The notes under the pieces: generated by a model
What the model was told of the DNA's origin: nothing
The model's input: only the letters and a program-made list of their open reading frames with translations
The model's database searches: none
Assembly: GCF_006345805.1 (NCBI RefSeq)
Contig: NC_043008.1
Span: forward strand, 13,268,001 to 13,332,000
Length of the DNA stretch: 64,000 nucleotides
Direction: 5' to 3'
Source: Octopus sinensis
Lineage: Eukaryota
Part shown: piece after piece, positions 11,815 through 26,186 of the stretch
Numbering within the stretch: the first letter of the stretch is position 1
How the letters are laid out: each line of letters starts with the position of its first letter
Position numbers and translations under genes: made by a program

Positions 11815-14800
11815 ACCGCCCAGAAAGGTGCAAAAATATCGAGAAATGAATTTTTTACTACTCTTACCGAGGGCAATCGGTACTTTCTTAGTTAAAAGAT
11901 TAAAGATAACATCCCAATTACGTATTAAGAACGTAGTGTCGCTCGACCATGAAGGCTTCCGAATTCTAATTGAATTAACAAAACTAATATAAGATTCTAC
12001 ATGATTGCATGTCTGAATTATATTTAGAAACTTCGTGAAAACTATGATGTAATTATTATCTCAACACAGATTTAAGATATATATATAATTGGATTGGCAA
12101 CATAAATAGCTGTCTGGCTGGTATTTTTGTTTTTGTTTTTTAATGTCAGCAGGAGTGGAACTTAATTCTGATTAACTATTGATTATTGATGCAAAATATT
12201 TGTCTGCATTTCTGTCATTAAATAAGTATTTTCCTACGAATTATATGCATCGATATAATATTTCTCTAATTAATACACAACTCTAGTCGCAAACAAATAC
12301 ATTGGCACTCAACTAAGCCTACGCGTCTTCATAGAATATTACGTAGTTTCGTGGAAGTCATTCATTCACGTCTATGTTAACTGCACAACTGATATCCGCA
12401 CTTTTGCCGGTAGATATTCTTAAGTAAGGGGTTGGAACATCATATTTGCTCTTTCAAGCTCAAATTTTTTCAGTCGGTTCATGCAGTCTATTTCTCGAAA
12501 TTTATGTCATAAATTAGATGTAATTCAGGCAGGTCAATATCAATGGTGCAGTTACCAAATTAGAAAAAGTAATACGATGCCGACTGACCGCTTTGTTCAA
12601 AGTCTCACTTGACCTTAATTGACCTGAATTCTTTACATGAACACCACCCTGTACTTAACCCCATGTCCCCCTACATGGCCTTGCTTTTTGCTTTTGAACC
12701 AAAAAATTAACTAACTAACTAACTAAGTATATGATATCAAATCTAAATCTCTACAACTTGATCCAAAGGATGAGCAGATTTAGCATTGAAGAATATGATG
12801 GAAGCCTTGAAGTAAAGGAAGAACTTTATGAACGTGTCTTCCATACGTAAATCTTTAGAGGCTGATCTTTGGAAAGGAAGACTTTATATGATTAATTATT
12901 TTTTAGAAATAACTTCATCAGGTTAAACTCAGCTTGTAATTGACAGTGAATATATGATACGAATGCAAGTAGCAAACACTCGTGAAGATGCCGTTGAAAT
13001 GATCTTTATGATTATGAGACAGAATTTTCTGTTGCCGAAAAATATATGGCATTTTATTTTTCTCATAGAAAGCGATTAGAAGAGAGGAGCGATGTTGAAA
13101 AAATATCAGCAAGGAGTCTTTTTATTACTAAAACTAACGTCAAACAAAATATCCAGAAATTCTTTGACTAAATTAAAAGTGAACTGAATTTCATAGAAAA
13201 GAAATTTCAAATGAAATATATCACAGTACTGGTGACTCAAGGAACGAGCAGATTTAGTTTGTTTTCATTTATATGCAAGTGTTCTATTTGAACTGTTTAC
13301 ATGATTTTACTGTAAAGTAAAAAATATGTTCATCAAAAATCAATTGGTTAGTTGACTTTCATTTATCCTGATCCCAATTCACAACCTTCTAAATGGTTAA
13401 GCTAATCTGTGCGTCACATCAAATAATAAAACATTATTTTAGAACTTAGCAATTTCTTCCCTCAGATCAGATGAAAATACGCAATAAAATTTAGCATACT
13501 GACAGTAGAAATCAGCCAAGCCCTCTGTTTTGGAAGAAGCGCCTGATGCTCTCTTAACACCAAACCCACCTGTTGCAACTATTCTAAATTTGGGTGGTAT
13601 TCTCATTGATCATAATTTATTCTCCCATGTTACCGATGTATTTTGCAAATATTACCGTAATTTTGCCGCTAGTTTGTTAGCTGGAATGCAGTTAAAATGA
13701 TGTCAATTGTTTCATTCACTAAGTCATCTGTAATAATGCTCTTACAAAGTTCCGCTAATAGTATGTTTTGCCAACTCTTTTAAATTGTTTCCAGTTATTA
13801 ATGCAAGTTGTATAATTTAGTGTTATTGATGGGAGAAAAGAATCAATTCAATGCCAGACAATGCGAAATCCAGTTTAACTACAATATTTCTGCTTCTGTA
13901 TTACAGAAAGTGAGTCAGATAAATAAGGAACTGTGTCGGTTATATATTTCAATACATCACTAAATGTAGCAAAAAAAAAATTACGATCTGTAAAAATGAT
14001 GCAACAGACATTTATTTGAAAAATGTCAATGGACAGAATGTAATATTACCATTGATATCAGTATTCTACTCATGTAAATCACTGAACAATTGTAGTTGTA
14101 AAACATTGAATCCACTTTTGAAAAACATATCCAACTTTTTCCTTCGCTCCCACCATGATCTCGCACCAATATTCGTGTTCTTGCAGCTGTAATTTCTCGC
14201 GCAGTCACATGACATTAAGCCCTCGATTTTAAAATATCCATGGAAAGGAAATATTGCTTCACCGGATATCAGCAATGCGTGTATAGATGCACGCATGCAA
14301 GAATTCTAGCAAATTTTCAGCAAATGTTTCACTATTGGATTTTCTGGTTTAGTTCCTGTTCCCAGACTGCTACATGTATTCATACATAGATGAGTTTCAT
14401 TTAATGCTAAATTTAAACGTTTTGTCATACTAACTGCCTTCTGTATTTAATAGAAAGATGTTACCATAAACTTCTTAATTACCACGAACACATACTGATT
14501 AAACATATAGAAAGGAGTTCAGTCTGCTATTGTCTTCTACTGTATCCAATCAACAAAAGAAATGTATTTTCTGAAATCTCGCTATAACTCATGATATCTC
14601 GTAGTAGTGCCACACATCAACGTTCGTCGGACTCCATTTTATTCTGAATAAATTTCACTTTAAGATAAGAAAATAGATCAAACATACGCGATTACTGCTT
14701 CACAGTACCGATAAATTTGGGCTATAATAGTGTATCACTACATTTAGATGAACATGTAATCTGGATTATCCCCGATGCACATAGATCCGGGTTTTTTTTA

Positions 14801-15399
14801 CGGATACAGTTCAAACAACGATCCGCAAATATACTCTTTCTTTATGTCTTTTGTGCAGTTGCAACGATATCCAATGTATTCTTTAAATAGGAAAAGCTGC
14901 ATTTGTAATCTCAACAGCAACACCCCAACACCAGCTAAAGTAAAATAACAAATCGAGTGCCTAAACCGATCACATTTCAGCTGAATTATACTCAGAAAAT
15001 AATATTGATCTCTTATTTCGGCATAAAGCGTCACATTTCTCAGAAAGTAAAAGCGAAATAACTATCGGCCGAATGTACTGGTGTAGCTGTCCTCTCCCTG
15101 TAATATTGTATTTTCCAAATAATATTTGGCCACAGTTATTCGATAATTGGGAGTTACCGTGTTTTTATTTCATGACATTAAATGGTGTGTTGTACCGTGA
15201 AAGCTAGGCCGAACCAAGAAATAAGTAAAAGTAATGGAAACACTACTCGTATCATAGCATATTTCATTGGATTTGTTTAGTCAGAAACGACATAACAATA
15301 TATATATATGTGTTTTATTTCTGGTAGCTGGTCAGCGTGTTGTCCATAAACTTTCTCCTGTTCCACATAACAATAAGCATGAATGTATGTACGTATGTA

Positions 15400-15435
15400 T
15401 ATGTGTATGTATACACACACACACACACACATATA

Positions 15436-15488
<53 letters not shown>

Positions 15489-15520
15489 GTGTGTGTGTGT
15501 GTATATATATTATATGTGTA

Positions 15521-15576
<56 letters not shown>

Positions 15577-15625
15577 GTGTGTATGTGTGGTGTTTATATA
15601 CAAATCGATTTATACGTAGGTGTAC

Positions 15626-15666
<41 letters not shown>

Positions 15667-15700
15667 TATAGAGAGAGGAGAGAGAGAGAGAGAGAGAGAG
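15400..15700. repeat. (CA)n/(TA)n/(TG)n/(GA)n compound microsatellite
   Basis: Directly visible. Confidence 0.95.
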
Positions 15701-16115
15701 AAATAATGCGTGTATGGACATATACACTTTTCACCCCATATATATGTACACACCGATACAGATGTATTCATATGCACACGCACATGCACACACACACATA
15801 CACATATGTATATACCTATATATACGCATATATCTTTGTGCGTGTGTGTATAAGTGTATGTGAACTACCTGACTATTATGTTCGCCAAATCTGATAACAC
15901 GAGAAGGAAAATACTCATCTAAGTTTGCAAATGCGGTTACGAATTAAGGCATCAATGCTTAGAGACTTCTCTGGCAATTTCATTACTATGTACGTGTCAA
16001 AGCAGTCACCAAACATACATTATATACATGCGCATATGTGTATCTTTGTGGTGGCAACCTGAAGTATACTGACATCAAAAAGCGTATCATATATATGTAT
16101 GCATGAATACATATG

Positions 16116-16177
<62 letters not shown>

Positions 16178-16194
16178 CATATATATAATATATC

Positions 16195-16263
<69 letters not shown>

Positions 16264-16265
16264 TA

Positions 16266-16657
16266 TGAGCAGGAGTGGATGTGTGGTCAGAAGCTTGCTG
16301 CTCAATCACATGGTTTCAGGTCAGTCTCACTGTGTGGCAACTTCGGCAAGGTTCTTATACTATTGCTTCGGGCCGACCAAAGCCTTGCGACTGGATTTGG
16401 TAGACGGCAACTGAAAGAAGCCCATCGGATTATATATATATTAATATATATATATATATATTATATATATATGTATGTATGTATGTATCTGCGTGCCTGT
16501 GCTCGCCCCCTTTCCAGCTATTGACAACTGATGTCGGTGTGCCTACGTCCCTGTAACTTAGCATTTCGGCAAAGGAAACCGATAGAATAAGTACTAGGCT
16601 TACAAAGAATAAGTACTCCAGCACGGCCGCAGTCACATGACTAAAACAAGTAAAAGA
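16266..16657 (+). mobile_element. SINE group A, diverged with a tail deletion
   Basis: GCAGGAGTGGATGTGTGG head through CTAAAACAAGTAAAAG tail. Confidence 0.85.
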
Positions 16658-16698
<41 letters not shown>

Positions 16699-16970
16699 CA
16701 TGTGTTTGTTGTTCTGCAAGTGTTAGTACTGTTGTTGCATGTCTTTTATTTTTATAAGCATAGATATTGCGTGAGCGATGTGTTCAGGTGAGTTGTTTTA
16801 TTGACGTAAATTTTCACAAATTTACCTATGCAAATACAGGTCCTTCAGGGTGTGCGTATATGCATATATTTTAATCCAGCTATCTATCCAGCTACCTAGC
16901 TATTCCTCTGTTTGTGTGTGTGTTTATGTCTGCGTGTTTATGTCTGCGTGTTTATCTGCGCACACGTGAA

Positions 16971-17031
<61 letters not shown>

Positions 17032-17179
17032 ATATATAATATATTATATATATATTTATATACATAGTCTATGTATGGATGTATTTATGTACATTTATAT
17101 GCGTCTATATATATAGATAGATAAAAATGCTCTAATATCTATAGATCCTTGGTTTTTTACTTATTATTTAAAAACTTCT

Positions 17180-17210
<31 letters not shown>

Positions 17211-17284
17211 TATATAATATATGTGTGTGTGTGTCTACGTATGTATGTATTTATGTAGATTACATGCATATACATATATATATG

Positions 17285-17379
<95 letters not shown>

Positions 17380-17847
17380 TTCTAAGTATGTGCATGAGTG
17401 AGAGCTCGCATGATTTTAAGGAATGGTATCACCGGCATCGGACAACATGGTAACGGTAATTTTGTTTGTGAAAAATGGTGCGTGTAAAGTTCCATTCATG
17501 TATTTTAATGTTTAATCTAGGAGCAGTGTGTTTGAAAACATACAGGAGAAAGAATGACATGAATAAGAAAACATGAAGCCAATAAATAAAGAAGAAAAAA
17601 AAAGAAAAACAAAAATGAAGGTAAATTACACGAGTTTCTTAGAAACTGGTTTCCACTGGGGCATAAGTCTTATTATTCAAAGTGTATTGAATTACATGTT
17701 GACGACAACAAGGTATTGCTGTAGAAGAATCGCTGGGATGACATGTTTTGGCTGCAAGAGAAGACGCTAGCGACGCTAATTGGAAAGTTGTCTAGGCGTG
17801 ACGGTTGCATAAACACAAAAATGTGTATAAACACATGTATTTCGTTA

Positions 17848-17900
<53 letters not shown>

Positions 17901-18058
17901 CTCTGTATATATATATAGAGAGAGAGAGAGAGAAAGATAGATAGATAGATAGATAGATATAACGAAATACATATGTTTATACACATTTATATATCTATAT
18001 ATATATATATATATATATATTCCTCAACCATCTACTTATCTATTTATTTATATATAAG

Positions 18059-18105
<47 letters not shown>

Positions 18106-18459
18106 ATTTGTGTGTGCCTATCTATCTATTTATGTATGTATCTATTTATTTATCTATCAGCGTTTTCATCTATGTATATGTCTATCAATTTATCTATCTA
18201 TCAATCTATCTATCTAACTATTTGTTTGTCTATCTATCTCTCTTTCTATTTATCTATATACCTACCTATCCATCTATCTATCTCTTCACTCTATATCTCT
18301 CCCTCTCTTTCTCTCTATATATTTCTACATATATTTACACATACATATACGTGCATGTCTACGTATTTACATAACCTCATATGTATATATATATGTATGT
18401 ATGTATTTGTATATATTTATGTAAGCATGAATGTATGTGTCTATGTATAGACAGACCTA

Positions 18460-18521
<62 letters not shown>

Positions 18522-18844
18522 TACCATTATCTACCTTTCACTTTAATACTTTATCTTTTCTCTCGTTTCATTCCTGTTTTTATTCATGCATTTGACACAC
18601 AAGCACACACACACACATACGCATAACCACACACACACATACACACATATATGTTTATGTACTATTCTATAAAATACATCAGATTGTGTGTAAAAATACA
18701 TTTTCCATTGATCATAATAAGCAGATGCATGAGTGGGTTCCGGCTTAGGTTCTGTGATTCGTATGCCAGGATTTCATGCAAGAATGTCGAATCAGACGAT
18801 ATATGCTTTTATGAATATATTATTAGTTCCATCTTGGTTTGCAA

Positions 18845-18944
18845 ACGTTGCATGGCATCTTGGGCAAATGTCTTCTACTATAGCCTCGGGCCGACCAAAG
18901 CCTTCTGAGTGGATTTGGTAGACGGAAAGTGAAAGAAGCCCGTC

Positions 18945-18989
<45 letters not shown>

Positions 18990-19212
18990 TGTGCATGTAT
19001 GTTTGTGTGTCAGTGTTTGTCCCCCTAGCATTGCTTGATAACCGATGCTGGTGTGTTTATATCCCCGTCATTTAGCGGTTCGGCAAAAGAGACCGATAGA
19101 ATAAGTACTGGGCTTACAAAGAATAAGTCCCGGGGTCGAGTTGCTCGACTAAAGGCGGTGCTCCAGCATGGCCGCAGTCAAATGACCGAAACAAGTAAAA
19201 GAGTAAAAAGAG
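18845..19212 (+). mobile_element. SINE group A, head lost or diverged
   Basis: Runs from GGCATCTTGGGCAAATGTCTTC to GAAACAAGTAAAAGAGTAAAAAG. Confidence 0.85.
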
Positions 19213-19243
19213 AGAGAGTAATATATACACACATGCATACAAG

Positions 19244-19380
19244 AGTATACTGAGAAGCTCCTGGCTTTCAGTAAAGGAAAACAGAGGATCAGTTAATTCT
19301 GATTTTATCAACATATTCTCCTCTCAGATTCACGCACTTATTGCAGCGGTACTTCAGTTTTTCTAAGCCCTATAAAAGAA
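19244..19380. mobile_element. Partial copy of the mariner-type MITE
   Basis: GGATCAGTTAATT...CAGATTCACGCACTTATTGCAGCGG is shared with 4366 and 32705. Confidence 0.6.
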
Positions 19381-20203
19381 TCATGTCTTCTGAGATACCT
19401 TTTATGTCCCGTGTTCGGATGCTACTCCGACTGCTACACTTCTCTATTGTTGTCTTGACATCTAGGCTTCTCCCTCTATATCTACGCATTGGGCTAGCCT
19501 ACTTCATCGTCTGGGGGCACCCACACAACACCTTTAAAGCCACGAACATTTCAGCAGCCCTTCCTACATGAATACATACATCCATGCGCGTGGATACACA
19601 CACATGAATGTATATAGGTTTGTAATGTGTGAGCGTGGATATAAGTATCTTATCTCCTGTTATTCTTTTATTACTATTCGGCATTCCACTCACAATTACA
19701 TGATTTTTTTACAGTTTGATAATTTATTATATCGGTTTGTTTGACGAACTGCTGTCAATGGGGATGTAAACAAACACAGATGCCAAACGATGGTGGACAA
19801 ACACATAGACACAGATATATACACACACGTACACGCACACGCATGTAAAAGCATGCGCACACACATACACACACGCACACATGCGCACACGCACGCACAT
19901 ACACACATAGGTACATACACGCACATATACACATACACAGATTTGAAAATCAATTTATATAAATGAAGGCTTCAAATGTTACCGTCTACGAAATTATTTC
20001 GCAAGTTATCTGACAGATCTGGGCCATAGTAGACGCCTCTGGTTAAAACGTGTCGACAGAAGAGCACCCAGGGGTTATGACCTGGATGCAACCAGCCCTC
20101 TTCGAATGTTAGGGGCCGAAGTTAAAGGCCGTAAACATTGTGTTAGGTGGGTTTTCTCTGAAGACCTTCTGCTGGCTTTCTGGCTCTCTCGGAAGCTGAG
20201 CAC

Positions 20204-20310
20204 CTCTCTTTACCATTGAAATTTCTGGTCAGCTCTCTTTACCACTGAAATTTCTGTCCAGCTATCTTTGCCACTGAAATCTCTGTCCAGCTCTATTTAC
20301 CACTAAATTC
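20204..20310. repeat. Minisatellite, about 29-bp unit x about 3.7 (CTCTCTTTACCACTGAAATTTCTGTCCAG)
   Basis: The tandem units can be aligned directly. Confidence 0.85.
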
Positions 20311-20589
20311 GCATGCCCAAGTTACGACCTCGTGAGTCTGTACTGGAAGCAATGTAGATTCAAAGCGAGCTTTTTAACTTCACAAACATATTTGCGCTTC
20401 TGTGTGGATGTGCATTCTTTAAATTGGTGGGATCGATAAAAAGTTGTTGTAGTATGTTGTGGAGTAGTTGTTCCGAATCTCAGCGATCGGAGTTAACATC
20501 AATTGGTGATTAACTTTAATATTGATTAGCACAGCATCATAAATAAAGATCCTCGAGATAGTATTGGCGTTTTACAGGATATTGTAATG

Positions 20590-20758
20590 TATATATACGA
20601 CGGACTCCTTTCAGTTTTCGTCTACCAAATCCTCTCACAAGGCTTTGGTCGGCCCGACTCTATAGCGGAAGGGCCCCTGCCCGAGTTGCCAAGTTGTGGT
20701 AGTAAAGTAGAACCAATGTGGTTGGGAATAAAACTTCTCATCAAATAGCCACGCCTGC
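20590..20758 (-). mobile_element. SINE group A, old 5' half
   Basis: TCTACCAAATCC...CAAGGCTTTGGTCGGCCCG...GCCACGCCTGC. Confidence 0.75.
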
Positions 20759-21318
20759 TGATTATTTTAGTCATTGGTATAGCCTGGTATCTAACAGAAC
20801 AGTGTTGCACACTAACCTTTCCTTCTTAACTATGCCAGGATTTTGTTAGAATCACTCGTGACACATATTTCGTAATATTTGAAGATTTGCCAAAATAGAC
20901 TCTGAAATTTCCATTTGTATCTTTGAACACACTAAAACATCGATCATTTAGTATGAATGACTAACTGTAAGGATATGGTGAATTCTCTCTCCATATTTAC
21001 TAAATATATTGTTTTTTTTTCTTTATGAATAGAAATATTTCTGGGAACATTTAGTGGCCTTTATTATGTACAGTTAACATCATACTTCCCAATCGATTTC
21101 TTAAAAAAATATTTTGCCGGTCAATTAGAGGGCAATACTGGCAAGTATTCAAGACCAATAAACCAAGTCATTTATTGTCTCTTGTATTTAACATATTTTT
21201 TTTTGTGATATTTGGTTCTGAGCATCCAATTTGATTCTTTTATTTAGTTCATTTTGTTTTATTAGAAACCTCAAATTCCTTGGCGCATTTTAGATGGAGT
21301 ATAATTTCTAGATGTTTA

Positions 21319-21372
<54 letters not shown>

Positions 21373-21386
21373 TATTATTATTATTA

Positions 21387-21756
21387 TTGCCTACGCCCCT
21401 TAGCGAAGGCGGGGGTATTGTTTTCAGTCATATTTGTTTGTTTGCTCGAGGACAAGATAACTCAAGAACCGCTGGATGGATTCGGATGAAATTTTCAGAG
21501 ATGTTTGGCCTCGTGACTGGTACGAACTGCTAAGATTTGGGGAGGGATCCCGTACCGGACAAGGATTCTGGATTATTTTTCCTGCTTTTATTACTTAATT
21601 TTTGTCAGCGGCCGGGTTCATTGTTAGTATTCCCGTTTGTGAGAGAAGTCAAGCTTATTTCAGATATTCTCATTTTAAAAAATCCTCTCTGGCTAATTTT
21701 TGCGAGGACGTTGGTATTGCCATAACAGAGCTTTGCGCTCTCTGAGTGCTCTTGTT
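21387..21756 (+). mobile_element. Helentron-associated (HINE/DINE-1-like) non-autonomous element
   Basis: The 5' end TTGCCTACGCCC...GAAGGCGGGGGTATTGTTTT, internal TTTGTTTGTTT...GATAACTCAAGAACCGCTGGATGGATT...ATGAAATTTT and 3' end TGCGCTCTCTGAGTGCTCTTGTT follow the recalled HINE layout. Inserted at a (TTA)n run. Confidence 0.65.
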
Positions 21757-21775
21757 ACTAATATCATCATCATCA

Positions 21776-21809
<34 letters not shown>

Positions 21810-22551
21810 GATTTTTATAAGGACTATAGCAGTCACCGTTAGTCTTCTTTCTGTCCGTTAACTTTCATCTTCCAACAACTTACTGTTCTTGTTCTTATTC
21901 GGTACTAGATATACGAAGACCTGTATTATTTTTTATCTAAATTTAGGAGACAAGTATTTCTGCAGTTTGTCTATTTCCCATACTTACATAATATCAGAAT
22001 CAATATTAAGCATCTCACAATCCAACGCATGTCACCGATACTATATCAGATACTGACGTGAGATTTCCTCTAATTTGCCATTGCATTAATTCAGTTATTA
22101 CTATATATGATATTTATACATAATTTTTTCCACGTTAGTTGTGTCATTGTTTTCATATTTGATCCACCATTAGTGTCCTTATGCAATGGCATATTTACAA
22201 CATACTGGAATATGCCTAAATAATGTATTAAACTCAACACATTATCTCGTATATTTTACTTTATTGCGTCTGTAGGTGGCGCAGTTAATTATGCTGAAAA
22301 ATATGAATGGTAATATATGTGTTTTATAATTTTTGATAATATCAACCAAGATTTTCGACGTTTCCATAGCGATAAATATACTCTATTGTTGATATAAGCA
22401 TATATAAATAGATAAAGAACCACAGACATACACACACAAACACACACACATACACATGTATGTATGAACACACATATACATATATATTTATATACACACA
22501 CCTACACATATATGTATAATATTTGTCAACTAAACTTGACTAACAGCTGTG

Positions 22552-22591
<40 letters not shown>

Positions 22592-23676
22592 TAGAGAAAA
22601 ACCACTATTATATAATTCAAACAATGATAGACATAAACGAAATCATAAAGAAAATATAAAATATATTACAAAATATATAATACATATGAATTACATAATA
22701 GTAGTTGTTCTCTAATTTATATATATTATATATTTATATTGTGAAATTTGATTTAATACTACAATTTTTCCCTGTAAGTTTGGAGTATATATATATAGAC
22801 TGTGTAGATATCTAAAATTTCCGTTACCCAATTAGTCGTATAAAATTGGATTCCTCTTGAATAAGGTTCCTTTGCTGAAATTTGAGTAGGAATATTATTC
22901 CAACTACTATAAGCTGGCCATTGAATCTAGAGACACCTTCTTCCTTATTAACTACTACGAAGATAATTAAGACTGTGGCATTTAGAAGCACAATTATTTT
23001 CAGTGGCAGCGGAGCAGAGGAAGTTGAAATTTGGTGCGGATAATTGTAGATTCTGGTTGAATTGTTGCGTGCCTGTAATTGTCATATGCGATGTAATTGT
23101 CACTGATAGATGGACATGTTAGAAGGAAGGGAAGTCTTATTTAGACAATAAGCTGCTTTAGCTGTATTTAATTTCTAAAAGATAATGTAAAAGATATAAT
23201 ATGTCTGCCACACGTTAGAAGGAATAAGCTCATTCAAGATTACAGAATTTCTATCCAATAAATTTTACATACAAGGAATAACAATTAGAAATTGTGCAAG
23301 GCACGTTGTCGTGTACTGCGATGGCAACTAAGGCTATTTAGTTGACAAGTGAATGTTTAAAATCAAAATGTATTTTTTAAATAACACTGACACGTCTTGG
23401 GTTTCATGGTGGAAAGACAGTAAACGATGAACCTGCGTATTTAATATGAAGACCAAAGATACACTTATGCACGTATCCTATAGAAAGTATACGCAATAAT
23501 ATATTTGAAATCACAGAAATTTATTACCACAAGTGCATTGTATTTCGTATGTTAACCGTTAATGTTCGTTCAAATTTAATAACTTAACAACTAACATATT
23601 TCTGTTTCTTTGGTAAGCTTTTCAAACACTCTCATAGGCAGACACATGTTTCTTTTCCGACATAGTGTTTAATTTG

Positions 23677-23679
<3 letters not shown>

Positions 23680-23713
<34 letters not shown>

Positions 23714-23734
23714 CGTAATCATATACATACATAT

Positions 23735-23766
<32 letters not shown>

Positions 23767-23783
23767 CATACATACATACATAC

Positions 23784-23823
<40 letters not shown>

Positions 23824-23870
23824 CATACATGCATATATATATATACATACGTAATCATATACATACACAC

Positions 23871-23933
<63 letters not shown>

Positions 23934-24700
23934 TGTGCGTGCGTGTGTGTGTGTTATACAATGTGACGCTGTTGATTAGAAAGGGTATTTAGATATGTTT
24001 ATTTATGCCTTTCTGGTATTGCTTGTACGAATTCAATTAATAGACGTTGAAATGCAAAAACCAAACAAGAAACAAGGTATATTTCGTATCATCGACTGAT
24101 AGTCAATAATAAATATCTTGTATACACAATTCGTGGTGTATCTAAAATATTCCTAGGAATGATGCAGTGTTGCGCTTAATTGTTGTGCTTCCTCCCTTCC
24201 TATCCCTCTCTTTGTATGTATAGGTATGTATATATATATACATACACAGATACATAGATAGATAGATAGGCAGAAAGACAGATAAATAGATCGATTGATA
24301 AGTAGACAGATAGACAGATAGATAGAGAGATAGATATACATATATTCATATATCATACATATGCAAATACTCGCGACTGCGCATGTGTATGCATACTTAC
24401 ATACATATACACACGCACACCACACACCACATACACACACATATATATATTATAGATATATATATATATACTTATATATATATATACATATATATATATA
24501 CATATATATATATACATATATATATATATACTTATATACATAAATATATACTTATATATACATATTATACATATGTATATATATGTATGTATGATTGAAT
24601 GTACTTAGAATATATGTATATATGGTTGTGTGTTTGGTGTGTGTGTTTGTATGTGTGTGTGTGTGCGTGTGTGGTGTGTGTGTGTGTTGTGTGTGTTCCG
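23680..24700. repeat. Cluster of (TA)n/(CATA)n/(TG)n/(GATA)n microsatellites
   Basis: Directly visible, with short unique spacers. Confidence 0.9.
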
Positions 24701-24998
24701 ACATGTAGAATCTGCTTCTACGTCTATGCAGAAGTAATTATTTCTTTAGCAGAGCAATTCCAGTTACGTGATTCAAAGAGGATGGAATTAGACATCAGTA
24801 ATGAAAGAAATTCAACAGCTATCATGTTCTAAAAGCACGATTTACTGAATAATATTGGCTTTGATACAGTTGAAATTAATTATGTGTTAGATATCAAGTA
24901 AATTGTAGGAAAGAAGACCGATTCATCATCATCACCATCAACATCATAATCGTCGTCATCGTCTTCATCAGTGTTATTATTATTATTCTTTATTTTAA

Positions 24999-25030
<32 letters not shown>

Positions 25031-25169
25031 TAGGTAGTAGTATCGTGTGTTGTACACGTATTGGCAGTTGTGTTATAATGGAAAAGAAGACCGATTCATC
25101 CTCATCACCATCAACATCATACTCGTCATCATCGTCTTCATCATTGCTATTATTATTCTTTATTTTATC

Positions 25170-25369
25170 AGTAGTAGTAGTATTGGTAATAGTAGTAGTA
25201 GTAGTATTAATAGTAGTATTAGTAATAGTAGTAGTTGTAGTAATAGTAGTAGTAGTATTAATAGTAGTAGTAGTAGTAGTAGCAGTAGTAGTAGCAGTAG
25301 TAGTACTAGTAGTAGTAGTAGTATTAGTAGTAATAGGAGTATTAGTAGTAATAGTAGTAGTAGTAGTAT

Positions 25370-25416
<47 letters not shown>

Positions 25417-25621
25417 ATAGTAATAGTAGTAGTAGTAATCGTAGTAGTAGTAGTAATATTAGCAGTAGTTGTATTAGTAGTAAAAGTAGTAGTAGTAATA
25501 GTAGTAGTAGTAGTAGTGGTAATAGTAGTATTAGTAGTAGTGGTGGTAATAGTAGTAATATTAGTTGTAGTAATAGTAGTAAAAGTAGTAGTAGTAATAG
25601 TAGTAAAAGTAGTAGTAGTAA
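25170..25621. repeat. Imperfect (AGT)n trinucleotide array, about 450 bp
   Basis: Directly visible. It explains the poly-V and poly-S ORFs. Confidence 0.97.
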
Positions 25622-26028
25622 TATCGTGTGTTGTGTACGTATTGGTACTTGTGTTATTGTTATGATTATGGCTACGTCGCTACAGTCGCTACTTAAAAGA
25701 CTTCAACTGCATAATCAGGTCAGACTTGTACGCTACGAAATATTGAGGAATGGTCTTTGATAACAGGTTGAGTGCATTGTTTGCGCAACGTCTGCTACTC
25801 GTGTGTCTTTGAATACGAAATTCTTTTTGTTTTAAGAATGCGCCGTAATACAATATATTCTTATTGCCTTGACTTGCATGAAACATTATTAGCATATTTC
25901 TATGTAGAATGTGTTGGAATATGTTGCAGATATGTAGCCATAGTGCAGCTAAACATATCGTTGTGTGCATACACACACACATGCATACAGAAAGACACAC
26001 ACACGCATATATATGTACATACCTGTAT

Positions 26029-26077
<49 letters not shown>

Positions 26078-26186
26078 TATATATATATAATATATATATA
26101 TAATAAATATATATATATATATATATATAATATAAATATATATATAATATATATATATATATCTATATATATATATATATATATAT

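Noticed and set aside
22846-23090. About 85-codon Met-less minus-strand frame with two hydrophobic stretches
   Set aside because: No recognisable domain or convincing splice sites. Such frames are expected by chance in AT-rich DNA.
25045-25760. Poly-Val and poly-Ser ORFs (206 and 237 aa)
   Set aside because: They are translations of the (AGT)n array.
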